Shown here: piece by piece, positions 21,799-34,333 of the stretch
How positions within the stretch are numbered: the first letter of the stretch is position 1
How the letters are laid out: each line of letters begins with the position of its first letter
DNA from: Schizosaccharomyces osmophilus
Taxonomy: Eukaryota
DNA: 64,000 bases
Assembly (NCBI RefSeq): GCF_027921745.1
Contig: NC_079240.1
Location: forward strand, 1,674,001-1,738,000
Direction: 5' to 3'
Program-made: the position numbers and the translations under genes
Notes under the pieces: generated by a model
Database searches by the model: none
What the model saw: the letters and a program-made list of their open reading frames with translations, nothing else
What the model was told of the DNA's origin: nothing

Positions 21799-23304
21799 AT
21801 GCCCTTTACTTTCCCGACCGATGTTAGTAATTCTACAGATATAGTCGTGAATCAACGTCGATCTCACCGAACGCATCAGGCTGACTCCTCGGCTAGTATT
21901 CTTCTTACCCCCAGAGAGTTGGTTTCATTGAGATATTTGGTGATTATTACCAGTTCCATCTCTCTCGTCTTCTGTTTTGCCACTGTGTTTCTACGATTAT
22001 TTCGACGATGGTATCAACGCAAAGCAATCACTTTTCGTGATCAAATTCATATTACCCTCTTTGTCGTCCTTTTTTTTCGTTCCATCATTCAATTCGTTCA
22101 CCCTGCTTTCACCGTCCACAGACCGTATTATTGGGACCCTGCCAGTCGATGCTTTACGTTGGGTTTTTTTCTATTAGTCATGATTCGGATGTCAGATTAC
22201 TGGATTTTAATTAATGTCATTCACAATGCGTTTCTTGTGCTTAACCCTGTGTCTATTGATGTGGATCGCGGCGGGATTTATCGCTTTCGACATACCGTAT
22301 ATGTGTTGTCCATTGTCTTTCCATTAACAGTCGGAGCTCTTGCTTTCATAAATGAAAAGAATACGTTTGTTAATTTTCAAACCCGATGCTTTCTTCCGTT
22401 TCGACCAGTTCGCTTCTACTGGGCCCTTAGTTGGGGATTCGATTACCTACTTACAGCAATCATCTTTACACTTCATATGTGTATGTTTATTTCCATTCGA
22501 AGAAAAATAAAGCAGTTTCAGAATACTTCCCGTGATAATCCGGATATTTTTTGTACAGACGATCTTGAGACCGGCCCTCGCAGCCCTTCTCAAGTTGTGT
22601 TACCCCCTTACTTGGAAAATCTATCCTCCTCCTCTTCCTCTTCCTCTTCCTCCTCTCCGCATTCCCAACGAATTCCTAATCGCATTAATGATACGTTTGA
22701 TTACGCTCATAATCCCTCTCCCTCTCCTAATCCTCAACCCCCTGCATTGCCATCCGATGCACACCAGCATTCCTATCTTTCACCTAATATGTACAATCAT
22801 CCTAATCCTTCATTATCCAATGCATTTGAAAACTCCGAAAACCGACAAACGTTTGAATTGACTTCTGAACTTCAAAATGAATTTGACCAAGTTCTTGAAA
22901 ACAGCCAGCATAACGATGATACAGTTAATAGTGCAATGGCTTATTACGAAAAAGACCTGCGTGGGAATCCGCTAATAAAACAAAGGAAACGTGTCTTACG
23001 ACAATCAAAATTCCTTTTTGCATATCCCGCAGTCTTTTTCATAATGTGGTTCCTTCCTCAGCTTCGTTATGTCGTTACTTTGGCAAATAGCAAAAATGAA
23101 TGCGGCGGCTACTGTAAAGGTTTTGCTTATGTCGCTATATTTTGCGATAATTTCGTTGCTATATTTTTGACCCTTTGTGATTTGGTGTTTGCGTGCTACC
23201 AAGGCACTACAAATTTTTTCAAGAAAAAGAAATATATTTTAGTTGTGGATTTTCTAAAAAAACCTTTTAATCGAATGCACTATGCTGTGCATGAAAAAGC
23301 CTAA
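21799..23304 (+). CDS. git3: Glucose-sensing G-protein-coupled receptor Git3 (Gpr1 family), 501 aa
   Basis: Multiple hydrophobic TM segments, a long S/P/N-rich third intracellular loop, the RQSKFLFAYP TM6 motif of Git3/Gpr1, and synteny. Confidence 0.9.
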   Translation: MPFTFPTDVSNSTDIVVNQRRSHRTHQADSSASILLTPRELVSLRYLVIITSSISLVFCFATVFLRLFRRWYQRKAITFRDQIHITLFVVLFFRSIIQFVHPAFTVHRPYYWDPASRCFTLGFFLLVMIRMSDYWILINVIHNAFLVLNPVSIDVDRGGIYRFRHTVYVLSIVFPLTVGALAFINEKNTFVNFQTRCFLPFRPVRFYWALSWGFDYLLTAIIFTLHMCMFISIRRKIKQFQNTSRDNPDIFCTDDLETGPRSPSQVVLPPYLENLSSSSSSSSSSSPHSQRIPNRINDTFDYAHNPSPSPNPQPPALPSDAHQHSYLSPNMYNHPNPSLSNAFENSENRQTFELTSELQNEFDQVLENSQHNDDTVNSAMAYYEKDLRGNPLIKQRKRVLRQSKFLFAYPAVFFIMWFLPQLRYVVTLANSKNECGGYCKGFAYVAIFCDNFVAIFLTLCDLVFACYQGTTNFFKKKKYILVVDFLKKPFNRMHYAVHEKA

Positions 23305-23958
23305 TGAAAAAAATTCCTCTGTTTATGATAATGCGGATCTAATGCTTTTATTCGTTCATGTTATTGTTCCAAAATGGTTATTTTCACTTCCTTCGTTTCT
23401 AAATTTACCAATTATTACAATTGCTAAATACCTAACCTTGCAAGCTTTGCTTTAATTTGTGGTGTGCGAATTTCAGCTTGCAGTTTCGTTAGATCTTATT
23501 GAGAAGTATGAAGTATCTGTAAATCTATTTTGGTAGGATGTTGTGTTTTGGTATATAATAAGAAGTTTTTGTTTTGCTTTGTGTTTGTTTCTTCAAATAA
23601 AAAAAATGGGATAAGTAACTTATTCCGCAAGGGCTTATTAGAGTAAAGAAACGCTCTGTAATGGCTAATCTATAAAATAAGAAACAAACTCGTACAAGTC
23701 AATTTAAAAGTAATAAAAGAAAGGAACGAGAAAAATATTTGTTCAGCACTGTTTTTACCACAAAGTTTGCATCCTTTTACATGCTTTCGAAATAATTATT
23801 TCGGAAAGTAAAACAACCCTACTCATATTTTTCAATAAAAATCTTTTCATTAAACTAGTTTAATATTTTTATTGACCGTATAAAAGCATATATATGGCTA
23901 CAAAAAGTGTTAGTGCATTGCATACTTTCGACGACTAGCATAAGTAAACATTGTATTA

Positions 23959-23964
23959 ACGCGT
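23959..23964 (+). promoter_or_regulatory. MCB element ACGCGT upstream of ssb2 (forkhead-type GTAAACA at 23944-23950)
   Basis: Perfect MluI box about 210 bp before the ATG of an RPA subunit gene. Single site only. Confidence 0.5.
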
Positions 23965-24172
23965 AAAGTGAATATGATAAATAGAAAAGACGTGTCGTGA
24001 AACTTAAAATCAGCACACTAACTACCAGCAATTACGAGACTGAATTGAACGACTTGTTCGGTTGGATTTCTTTTTAGTAAAAGACAAAGAAAAACAGAAC
24101 GGGTCTAGGTTGACGACAAGTTTGCGTTGCATTTTAGTTTAACTTTATTTGAAGTTTGTCAACGTCTATATC

Positions 24173-25125
24173 ATGGCTTTCGATCCCTATAATAAAGGAG
24201 GTTTTGGGTCAGGTTTTAGCGGAACCTTTTCTCCAGGAACGGGAGGAGGTGGATTCAATGACTATGATCCATCCAGTCAACCTAGTGTTGATAGAGTATG
24301 TTTTAGATGCTTCGTCTATACGACCTAGTTGATTGAAGTGTCTACCGTTGTATCAAATAACTAACAAATATAGCAACAAGGAATTGGGAATAAGCTCCGT
24401 CCTGTAACTATTAAGCAAATATTGGATGCTACGCAAGTCCATGCTGATGCAGAGTTCAAGATAGACGGAGTCGAAGTTGGTCAAGTAACCTTTGTAGGCG
24501 TCTTGAGAAACATTCACCAACAAACGACAAACACAACTTATCAAATTGAGGATGGCACAGGCATGATTGAAGTACGGCATTGGGAGCACATTGATGCTCT
24601 CTCAGAACTGGCTACCGATACGTATGTTCGTGTATACGGAAACATCAAGGTGTTTTCCGGAAAAATATATATTGCATCCCAATACATTCGAAATATAAAA
24701 GATCATAATGAGATTCATTATCACTTTTTGGAAGTCATAGGCGTTCACATACACTTTACCCAGAAACCCCAGTTGACTGGTAACGCCGCTTCTGCTTTCG
24801 GTAATTCCCTTCCTAATGCTGCTTCTGCTCCCGCTGCCAATTCTCTCGAGCAGAAACTGGCAGAATACTCTTTAACCCCTACACAAATAATCGTTATGCA
24901 AGCTATACATAATGCTCCTGATACCAATGAAGGTGTGCATGCTCGACAACTTGCTCAAAGCGTTGGTCCTGGCATTGATCTTACCGCTGTCACCGACTTC
25001 CTACAGCAAGAAGGCATTATTTACACAACAATTGACGAAAACCACGTATGCTTTTTTTTTTTTTGTATCTTTCAATTCCTTATTAACATTTTATGTAGTT
25101 TAAGAGCGTCCTGCAAGATCAGTGA
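24173..25125 (+). CDS. ssb2: Replication protein A subunit 2 (RPA32); exons 24173-24295, 24374-25045, 25099-25125; 273 aa
   Basis: G/F-rich N-terminus, LRPVTIKQI and IEDGTG OB fold, winged-helix end IYTTIDENH|FKSVLQDQ. Two canonical introns. Confidence 0.95.
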
Positions 25126-25471
25126 GTGCTTCTCTCTCTTTACTTATAATCTACGATCCTAGATTCAATCCTTTTGGTTTTGTGTTCACCTTGTCATGTT
25201 CTATCTAATTAATTCTTGCAACCTTGTATATACCTACTAGGCTTTTCCTAGATGGATTATCTATTTTAAAACTTGAGCAATAAATTTCTTCTACATAATT
25301 TGACACCCTCAAAAGCTTAATTGAATATGTCGATTTAAAGTCATTAACTGTAAAACTCATTATTATCAAAAAGTTGAAATCGTAAAAAAACCCTGCAACG
25401 AAAGAACCTGTTCCTGATTAATAGAGCCATGATACACGGTAAAAAAGGTTACTTCTCAATCACGATAAAAC

Positions 25472-27798
25472 TTAAAACACACCAAACTTCTTCTTCTTCT
25501 TTTTATCGTTTGATTCCGTCAAAACTTTGTCATTGTCCTTGCCTTTATCTTTCTTTGATGTTGAGATAAGCTTTCCAAGTTTGCTTGTTTTTCCCTTCTT
25601 TTTCTCAGTTTCCTTGCTAGGCAAAGCATCAGCTGGCGATGTGCTGTCAAATGGAGATGACGGTACATCTACGGTCGGCTGCTGCTGCTGTACAATTTTA
25701 CCCGGCTGAGCTTGTAAACATGGAATGGGCTCAGACGTATCTTCCGGAAATTTCAATTCTTCCCTAGTCTTTCGGAATTTTGAGAAGAAATCCAGCCATT
25801 CATTCGGCGAATTACAAGCTGTACTTCCAAGGAGAATATTTTTATTGAGTGTTTCAGCAGTTTCATAGCATGATCGAAGTTCGCTATAGGTTGTACCACC
25901 TGTCACGAAGACCAAAAATTTCTCCTTAGGTATACGCGTAGCTATGGATCGCGATCGAGTCCACGATGGTCTTGAGCTTCGTAAAGACGTTTGCTCTACC
26001 TCCACCTCTGTTTCTGGGTTGAGATCACGGACAAAAGGAAACAATTCGTTATCCAAATTATCTTGCACCAGAGATTCCATAACTGTCTTAATATTAGGAA
26101 CAAACCTCGAAAGCTCATAAGTCTCCTCGCCAGCAGGTAGTGATTTTGCAACCTCCTTTCGTTTCGTACTAGGGTCGGATAATCGTTTTACATTTCGTAC
26201 TCCAAGCTGTTCCAAATTTTGTAGAATCTCTTGACGATGACTAGGCAATTTACTATGTCGGAATAGTCTCATCATATCTTGAAGGATAACACCGTCTCTA
26301 TAAGCAATATAAAGGATGAGAAGGCGAAGTTTATCTGCTTCAGATGTTTTATTATCGTCCAATAAAGGAAGCAAATCGTAAAGTACGTTTCGAGGGGTTT
26401 TTCCTTCAGGACTGGCACCTGTAGCTAAATCCTGCTCAACCGCACCAATGGAAAGTAAATTTTCCTTTTCGAAAAGATTCATGCATTCTTGTGCCATAGC
26501 CAAATGCAGAGAATACTCGTCTCGAAGTTCTTGAAAATCGGAAAGACCAGCAAGCATACCTCGCATGTCATTAAGGGAGGTGGCTTGTCCTTTATCGAGG
26601 AAAATAGTATTCTCTTCGCAAAATTTATTAAAATCACCCATCAACCTCTCAATGGCATCGCGCATATGCATATGCCGTATTTTAACATATACAGAATCAT
26701 CATCAGATAACTTGCCAATTCGGGTTTCTAAACCGTTTGGACCCATTATAGCAAATGGATAAGATTCATCTTTAATTTTCAGTAAATCATGAATCATTGC
26801 CTGGTAGCTAAATTCATGTACAAAAGGGCTAACGCTATCTAAGGAACGGTCAACTATTAAACAAGTGGATTTCTGAGAAGATTCTTGAAATCCAGGATGA
26901 GTTTTGCAGTATTCGTCAACTATGTCACGAAGTTGTGACGCTAAAATAAAAGACATCGTTTTTGATGTATGTCTAGCTGACTTAGGATAATAACACCGAA
27001 TGTTGGGGGCCATTCCAAGGCTCACACAAACCGAAAGAATGCCATGTGCGATATTCGATAATTCTTGTCTAATTATGGGAGCAGAAGATGGGTGATACAG
27101 GCGTAATCCAGAATATTCATCATGCACTTGAAAATATCTAGACTCAAGAGAATAAAAATCCAAATATCCAATCTGTACTGAACGAAGTTTTGTAGTGATA
27201 TTGGAGTTTTTCAAACGGTCTACAATATTGGGCTTAATTCGATCAGTAAACATGATATGAATACCAGGATAAGTGTTTGGATACTCTTGGTCTTTGTATA
27301 TACAATCGACGAGTTTATCTTGGCAGTGAAGTATATATAACACCTCAAACGATGAATTAGGAGTCCTTGCATTTTCTAAAATCTCCACCGCCGCGATCTT
27401 TTCCTCCAAAAGTCTGTGGACAGAGGTAAACCGATTAATTATGTCAGCCGTTTTTCTGTCAACTACTAACACTTTCCACTGAGTAAAGTTAGCAAAGCCT
27501 TTTAAATTGGACTATAGAAATCATAGCAGAATTCTTCAACTAGACTTAATCAATCATGCATTGCATATGTCCTTCAACTTTGTCCATCGCCTGCCATGAA
27601 ACTCTCTGTAGCCAGGTAAAAGTACTACAAACAAGGCTGCGCCTAAAGTTTCAATTCGCTTCTCCTGAACAAAGATTGCTTACCTTTGTTGCACATTCTA
27701 TAGCATTTATTTTATTAAAAAAGACTAAATAAAACATTGTCAGTACCTCTAAGACAGTTGGGTCACATACTTTCTCTTTGCGCGTCTAACAAAACCAT
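25472..27798 (-). CDS. sec1: SM-family SNARE-binding protein Sec1; exons 27798-27771, 27724-27684, 27478-25472; 691 aa
   Basis: WKVLVVD, DRSLD..SP.VHEFSYQAM.HDL, YELSRF.P and VFVTGGTTYSE motifs. Two upstream exons with GTATGT/GTAAGC donors splice in frame. Confidence 0.94.
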
Positions 27799-28277
27799 TT
27801 GTTGTTATTCGCCCAGTGTATTATATTCAAGCTTTATTTGACTATTAAAATCCAGAAAAAGTCATTAGAAAACTGCAAAATTCAAAAACAATAGAACCGG
27901 TTCGACATGTATAAGGTAAATTCAGTATTGGTGGTATTATTTACATCATCGCGGAAGTTCCGAGGATTTACAGAACTCCACTGTGTGTAAATGATACTAT
28001 ATTTAAAGAATAGCTTTCCTTAAAGATGCATTTATAAACGAGTTTAAAGGTTATTAATGTCGATTTATAGTATGCGTGCATTTGTATGAATTTTATACGA
28101 AACGATCAAAAATTATTAGAGGAGAAGGTCATTCACGCTCTGACTTATATTAGGAAGGGTTGTCATATGTTCAAAGCCCACATGCTCAATAAAAAACAAG
28201 ATATCGTACATTATCTAGCAATGATAACCATTAACCACCTTTAATAACAAAAACTATACAATTAAATTTTAACCAAT

Positions 28278-30315
28278 TTACTCCAAGATTTTAATGACTT
28301 TACCAACAGCAACAGTAGCACCTTGGTCACGCAAGGTAAAACGACCCATGTATTGATAGTCTTCAAATCGTTCCATACAGACAGGGGTTTGGGTCTCCAA
28401 TTCAGCAAGAATCTTCATACCCTTAGTAGCAAACATAGGAGGTTTCTTACTCTTACGGTTAGTTTTGTCCAACTTGTGGAGAAGTTTAGCAAAGGAAACT
28501 TCTTCAACAGCAGTATGAAGATGCATAACACAAGTATAACCTGTAGTTAAAATAGAGGGTAACTCCAAAATAGCAATCTGAGCAATAAAACGAGTGGTAG
28601 CATGGACAGGATTTTTAGTAGATGTCAGCACATAACCGCTTTGAACATCAGAATCGTCACCACGAACCTTGAGACGCACTTGGTCACCACAGATAGAAGA
28701 TGGGATTTCTTCATCTGCTTCATCGTAGATACCAGTGACTTCAAGTGTCTGATTAATGGGCATAACAAGAATGTTTTGGTTCTTCTTAATTGTACCAGCC
28801 TCAACTTTTCCTTCGAAAATGGTACCCAAATCCTTGTATTTGGAGGCAATGGGCATTATAAACGGCGCGTTCACTTTACGCTCTAAGCGCGACATGGTAT
28901 CCAGATATTCGAGCAAGGAAGGTCCTTCATACCATGAACAGACAGAAGGGTCAAGGCGATCCTTGAGATTTTGGCCTGTGTAAGCGGAAACAGGCATGTA
29001 CTTAACATCCGTCTTGGAGTTGTAGCCAGCAACACGGCGCAAGAAAACACTCAATTTATCAACACACTCCTTGTAACGCTCCTCTGACCATTGTACACTG
29101 GGCTCATCCATCTTGTTAATAACCACGACAAGGTGGTTAATACCTTGAGTACGAGCCAATACAGCATGTTCACGAGTTTGACCACCACGTTCAAAACCAG
29201 CTTCAAATTCACCACGGCGAGCAGAAATAACCAAAACACCAATATCGGCTTGTGAAGCACCGTTAATCATGTTAGTCACATAACCTTTGTGACCAGGAGC
29301 ATCCAAAAGACTGAAACGGCGGTGTTCAGTTTCAAAATAGGCACGTCCAACTTCGACAGTCTTACCCTTCTCACGTTCTTCAGAGGTACTATCCAAGGCC
29401 CAAGACAAAGCCCAGGACTCTTTACCAGCTTCCTTGGCATCCTTCTCAATTTTCTCCATGGTACGCTTATCAACCATACCCGTAAGAACCAAAAGGTTAC
29501 CACCCAGAGTAGATTTACCAGCATCAACGTGTCCGATGAAGACGATGTTAACGTGTTCCTTGCCATACATTTCTTGTAAAACTTCTCTATCAACGGTGGT
29601 TTCGGCTTCGGTAGAAGACTCAGTAACAGCGGGAGCCTGTTTCTTGTCAGAAGCTTGCTTAGCAGGAGCAGGGGCGGAAGTCTCGGCAGGCTTCTTTGCT
29701 TCAGCTTTCTGAGGAGCAGGAGCAGGAGCAGGTGCAGCCTCAGTAGGCTTTTCAGGGGTGTCTTCCTTAGTAGTAGAAGCAGCAGGTTTAGCACCACCTA
29801 AACTAATGGAGACGGGTTTGCCAGGCTTCTGAGCACCAGAAGAGGCACCAAGAGACAAAACCTTACCCTTGGGTAAAGCAGGTTTAGCAGGGACGAATGA
29901 TTTCTTCTTAGAGAAATCGGGAACTCTGTTCTTGTCCTCAGATTGCTCTTGAGCAGCTGGAGAAGCGGGTTTTTGATAATATTGTTGGAAGCTCATGTTG
30001 GAGTTTGGAGTTCCCGTGTTTTGACCATATGGAAAGCCAGCAGCCGCGTTGGGTTGTTCTCGAGGGGTAACGCTAGGGCCTATATAAGTGTTAGATTATC
30101 TGACACATCAGAACTTTTGCTTCATGTTGTTTGACGGCTACAACTTTATGATAAACATATTCATAAATGGGTATTGACTTACGCTGAAAAGAAGGCACAA
30201 AGGCGGGAGCTGTAGGGGTAAAGGAGGGAGCCTTTAACGAAGACATCGACAATTTCGATGTCTGTTTGGCAAGCTGCTCATCCTGTCCACCGTTCGTTGG
30301 CTGATTGCTAGCCAT
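28278..30315 (-). CDS. sup35: Translation release factor eRF3; exons 30315-30183, 30079-28278; 644 aa
   Basis: GHVDAGKST, DAPGH and NKMD GTPase motifs, GRFTLRD, and an N-terminal PAM2-like segment. Intron GTAAGT..CTAAC..TAG (30182-30080) splices in frame. Confidence 0.97.
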
Positions 30316-31111
30316 CTTTACCTGTATGTAAGGAAGAAGTGTGGTAAAGGAATACTTTGTTGGTGGTGGAAATTTGTAATTGCCAGGTAACAACGAGTAG
30401 CAACTTAAGCTATTGAACGTCGTGTTGAAAATCGAGTTATTGAAAAAATAACTTCTATCTTTTCTTTATTTTCATTTTTTATTAATTATTTCGTAAATAA
30501 AACGAAAATACTCATTTACTTGAGTGGCAAAATGATAGAAGTACTATCCCAGATGTATTATTTTTTTTGCCTTCTCTTTGAATTAATTTGAACTTACAAA
30601 AAAAAAAAAAAAAGAAAGAAAAAGATCTTTTATCGTTCAATTGTACTATAAAAGATACTATAATAGAAAACGTCCATTCAATTTTGGCTTAATACCAAAT
30701 CAACTACTTCGAAGGACGTTCCCTATGTACGATTTTTCTCTCTAAATGTAACAAAAAATATATACGCTTTACTTACTTCTTCCTTTCGAATCCCTCAAGT
30801 AAAGGCCATTTAACCAGGGACTCAAAAAGAAAACTACAATAACTTAAAAGTAAAGATAAACAACGAGAGATTAGTTTGGTTACCAAATTGCTTTTCAAGC
30901 TTAACTTTTCTTTTCTTCTTTTGAGTTGAAATCATTGTCAAAGATTGTAATTTAGAAAACCTCCACAACTTCAAAACACCTTTTCTCAAGTGCAAACATG
31001 TTAAGACACGTAAACTGCTTATTCAATTAAAAACCTTCAAAAGTACCTTGAAAAAGTAGTAGTCTAATTCTAAAAAATAAACTCTGAACAATTGAAAATA
31101 AAGGAATCATA

Positions 31112-32794
31112 ATGGATGAGTTGTTTCATGTCGCGTCACACGCGGCTACGTTTGCTACTAGCTTTGCCATAAAACACAGCATTTCTTTTGCTGGGAAATT
31201 TGCTGTCCAGCAGGTAAGCAGCTATATCAAACGCATACCAGACGCTGATCGCGATGAATTGGAGTCCATGAAAGCAAAGTTGCTCGAGATGATTCGTGTG
31301 GTCACGCCAGCCATAGAGTTAATTGATATTATGTCTTCCAATGGAAATCAAAGCTTACAAAGCACCCGCCAACTTGTTGATGCATTGCGCTCTGATATCG
31401 AAAAGTTTAGCGTGCACATTGTGGGTGTCGCAAGCGCCGACACAGAAAACGAAGCATCAAATCCAAAGCATGCTGAAGAAACGAAGGGAAAGGTGTTGGA
31501 AGAAATGAGAACCTTGCTTTTACGAATCCAAGACGCAATCCCTCTGCTCAATTTGTCTATCACCACTTCAGGACTTTCGATCTCATCAAGTCTACCCAAG
31601 TCTACCAATTTTTCTCAGCTTTTTAAGGCAAACTCTCATGTTTTACATGCAAACCTCTCTTTTTCAGGAGATAAGCCCTTACAAGTTGGTCCCACTTTTC
31701 GACTTCGCACTTACAAAATTTTTGAAAGCCGTGCTCAATCCAAGTTTCTAAATCACGATTCAATCATTTGGCAAGAGGATTGCTCTGTATGTGTGGGTAA
31801 GGTATTGCGGATTCCACCTCAACAATCTTACAATAAGGATTCTCTCCTCTCGTATAAACTCTCCCTTGTGCAGTCATTCGATGATGATCGTTATCACGAA
31901 GAAAATGAAGTTCCAACTTCAAAGGATATATTTTTAAATACTATTCAGACGCTGTTCTTTAGTGTTTCGGGTAAACTTCTTCGACTTGACGATGTCACGA
32001 CACCTGTTATTCTTCTCAAATACAAGGATAGTCCTTCTGAATCTTGTGAAGAACAGGAAAGATTCAAGTGGATAGCTATGGAGCTGTTAACGGAAGAGGA
32101 GGATGAAAGTGAAGAAGACAACGATGATAATGAAGATTCCGAAAATTCAACTGCAGAACTCAGCGATGAACAAATGGTAGAAATGCAATTACTAGGACTT
32201 ACGAAAAAAGATATGGTTACAAGAACAAAGAAGATGAAAGCTTATCAAAAGGAAGATACGAATTTGGTTTTACTTGAGTATCTTCTTCGTTTGTGTGCTT
32301 TGGAAGCGAACGCTCAAGAATCTGTTCTTCAACTACCGGACGAACAGATTTCGCTGTATTTGCGAGACGAGCAAGGACGAGAGCGACCTCGTGATCCAGG
32401 TTCATATCATGCTCTAGAAAACAATGTTGATGCTCCTGTTTCCCCAACTTCTGCAACATCGTCAAGGCGTTCTGGTGTACGTGCTAGTTCAACGTTTCTT
32501 TCTCCTTGGGTAAAAGCAGAGGGCTCTTCCCCTTTGAAGAACGTTCCAAGAAATAAATTATTGGACGAGCGAGAGGCAACCGCTGGCTATGCTAGTCCTT
32601 TGATGAATCGAAAAACGAAGGAACCTTCAAATAGGGACAGCATGATAGGTACATATTCCCCAATGTTTATTCGATCTAAAAAAGATTTATTTTCAGATAA
32701 AGACCAGCTGTCATCTACAAAGAAAGAGTTGTTTGCTTCCGAAAAGAAAATACAAGGTACTGCAACCGATTCGAATAAAAGTTCGAACGTTTAA
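31112..32794 (+). CDS. Ran-GTP-binding protein, Yrb30-like (probable SPCC584.03c ortholog), 560 aa
   Basis: MDELF..A.SFAIKHSISFAG.FA, TPAIELI..GN.SL.S, Q.FDDDRYH and LEYLLRLCALE blocks typical of the fungal Ran-binding family; synteny. Confidence 0.8.
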   Translation: MDELFHVASHAATFATSFAIKHSISFAGKFAVQQVSSYIKRIPDADRDELESMKAKLLEMIRVVTPAIELIDIMSSNGNQSLQSTRQLVDALRSDIEKFSVHIVGVASADTENEASNPKHAEETKGKVLEEMRTLLLRIQDAIPLLNLSITTSGLSISSSLPKSTNFSQLFKANSHVLHANLSFSGDKPLQVGPTFRLRTYKIFESRAQSKFLNHDSIIWQEDCSVCVGKVLRIPPQQSYNKDSLLSYKLSLVQSFDDDRYHEENEVPTSKDIFLNTIQTLFFSVSGKLLRLDDVTTPVILLKYKDSPSESCEEQERFKWIAMELLTEEEDESEEDNDDNEDSENSTAELSDEQMVEMQLLGLTKKDMVTRTKKMKAYQKEDTNLVLLEYLLRLCALEANAQESVLQLPDEQISLYLRDEQGRERPRDPGSYHALENNVDAPVSPTSATSSRRSGVRASSTFLSPWVKAEGSSPLKNVPRNKLLDEREATAGYASPLMNRKTKEPSNRDSMIGTYSPMFIRSKKDLFSDKDQLSSTKKELFASEKKIQGTATDSNKSSNV

Positions 32795-34333
32795 AGTGAA
32801 CCACGAGCGGATTTGGAAAAAACAAATAACTAAAAAACCAAGAGAAAATTTTATTTATGAACGTTAAATTTGTGAGCTGCTATAGCCTGATCATCAAGGA
32901 ATACGGGAGTTTCTTACAAGGTCATGTATTATTTTTGTAAAGCAAAATCTCAATAGGTTGAATTCGTTTACAAGTCTGTCCTAATTTACAGCTAATTGAT
33001 GGTTTTGACTTTCCCTATTGATGATCTTGTAATGGATCATATCTTTCCATATCAAGTCAGTTTTCTGGTTTTTTTAGTCTATAAGTGATAAAAAATGTGG
33101 AAAATTTATATTTATGAATGACGGTACAACGGATAGTTTGAATGAATCAATAGTTTTCAGACGCTAATATTATGAGCGATTGGAAGAATGAATGATGATA
33201 AAACGAAACGGCTTTTGAATTCACTACCTTTCTACAAGCTGAATAAGTAGAAAATATAAACTTGAGGAAAACTAGAGATTATTCAGTTTCATTTGCTAAA
33301 CTTTAGTGAAATGTAATTTGTAACATGTTGAGTAACGGTACTATAAATGAAGAGCATACTGTAGGAATTCATATTTAGCTCTAGTAGGTAATGCAGTGGC
33401 ATACATTTCATGAACAAATTATTCTAATTAAATTCCAACATGTGACAGTCCGAGTTAATTCAGACAATTGATGAAATCCTGCTACCATATTCATTCATTG
33501 CTTCATCCTAAAGCCTAGAGCTTGCAGCAAGGAATATAAGAATTGTTAAGAATATATGCTATTGTACATCACAGCTGAGTCTTTACGCTGTATTATCATA
33601 TGGTTGAGTGTATGAGTTGATGGGTTAAAGAGTTATAGTTGTATAGTTGGGCTCTACTTTATATATTCGATAAGTATTTTTAGAGTCCAGTGACCTGAGT
33701 AGCTAAATAAACGATAATTTGATTTTTCAAGCCAGATCAGTCGAATCTTCCAATTTGAAAAATCGTACTCCCAACTGGAGATATATATATATATCATCTA
33801 AAGTAGTAACATTGCCTTCTCTGATAAAGTTTCTTTGTTAATAACTTCCGTTGTTTACATTTTGTAATAAAGGACTCTTTTTTATAAATAATACAATATT
33901 TCGGCCTTGACATTCAACATATACGGACACTTAATTAGCCTTTCTAATACTTGCTTAAGCCATCATTCTTAAACTACAATGTATGCTTTTACAGACATCC
34001 TAAATATTCGTTATATAAAAATACTACACCAAATTTCGGTGTAAAAAGTCAAGGCAAAGCAGCGATCACGCAAGAATTTGATTTATCAGGTGATCGCTAT
34101 CTAAATAAATTCCTTCCTGCTTTTCTTTTTTGACTTTTTCCAACCTAAGAAAATCACGGCGTAGAGAATACTTCCATAAGGACTTTTTGGCACTCAATTT
34201 TTTGATTATTTTGGTGAAACCGTACGCGTCTGCTAAAAAACCCGGCTTCTTTAACTTAAACGAAGCCACCACGATCGTTTCATATAATTAATTAAAATAT
34301 CGGTTTAGATATCATCTGTTACCATTTTGAAGC

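Noticed and set aside
25046..25162. Hydrophobic C-terminal extension of the Ssb2 ORF
   Set aside because: Read-through of the 53-nt last intron; splicing gives the conserved FKSVLQDQ end.
27479..27683. 205-nt sec1 intron 2 as a snoRNA host
   Set aside because: No RTGATGA/CTGA pair or convincing H/ACA hairpins seen by eye; an Rfam scan would be needed to exclude it fully.
29276..29797. 173-aa alternate-frame ORF in sup35 and similar shadows in tol1, met10 and the permease
   Set aside because: Explained by codon bias of the overlapping real genes.
33192..33242. ATGATGA...CTGA as a box C/D snoRNA
   Set aside because: Only about 50 nt, no terminal stem, and no convincing rRNA guide next to box D.
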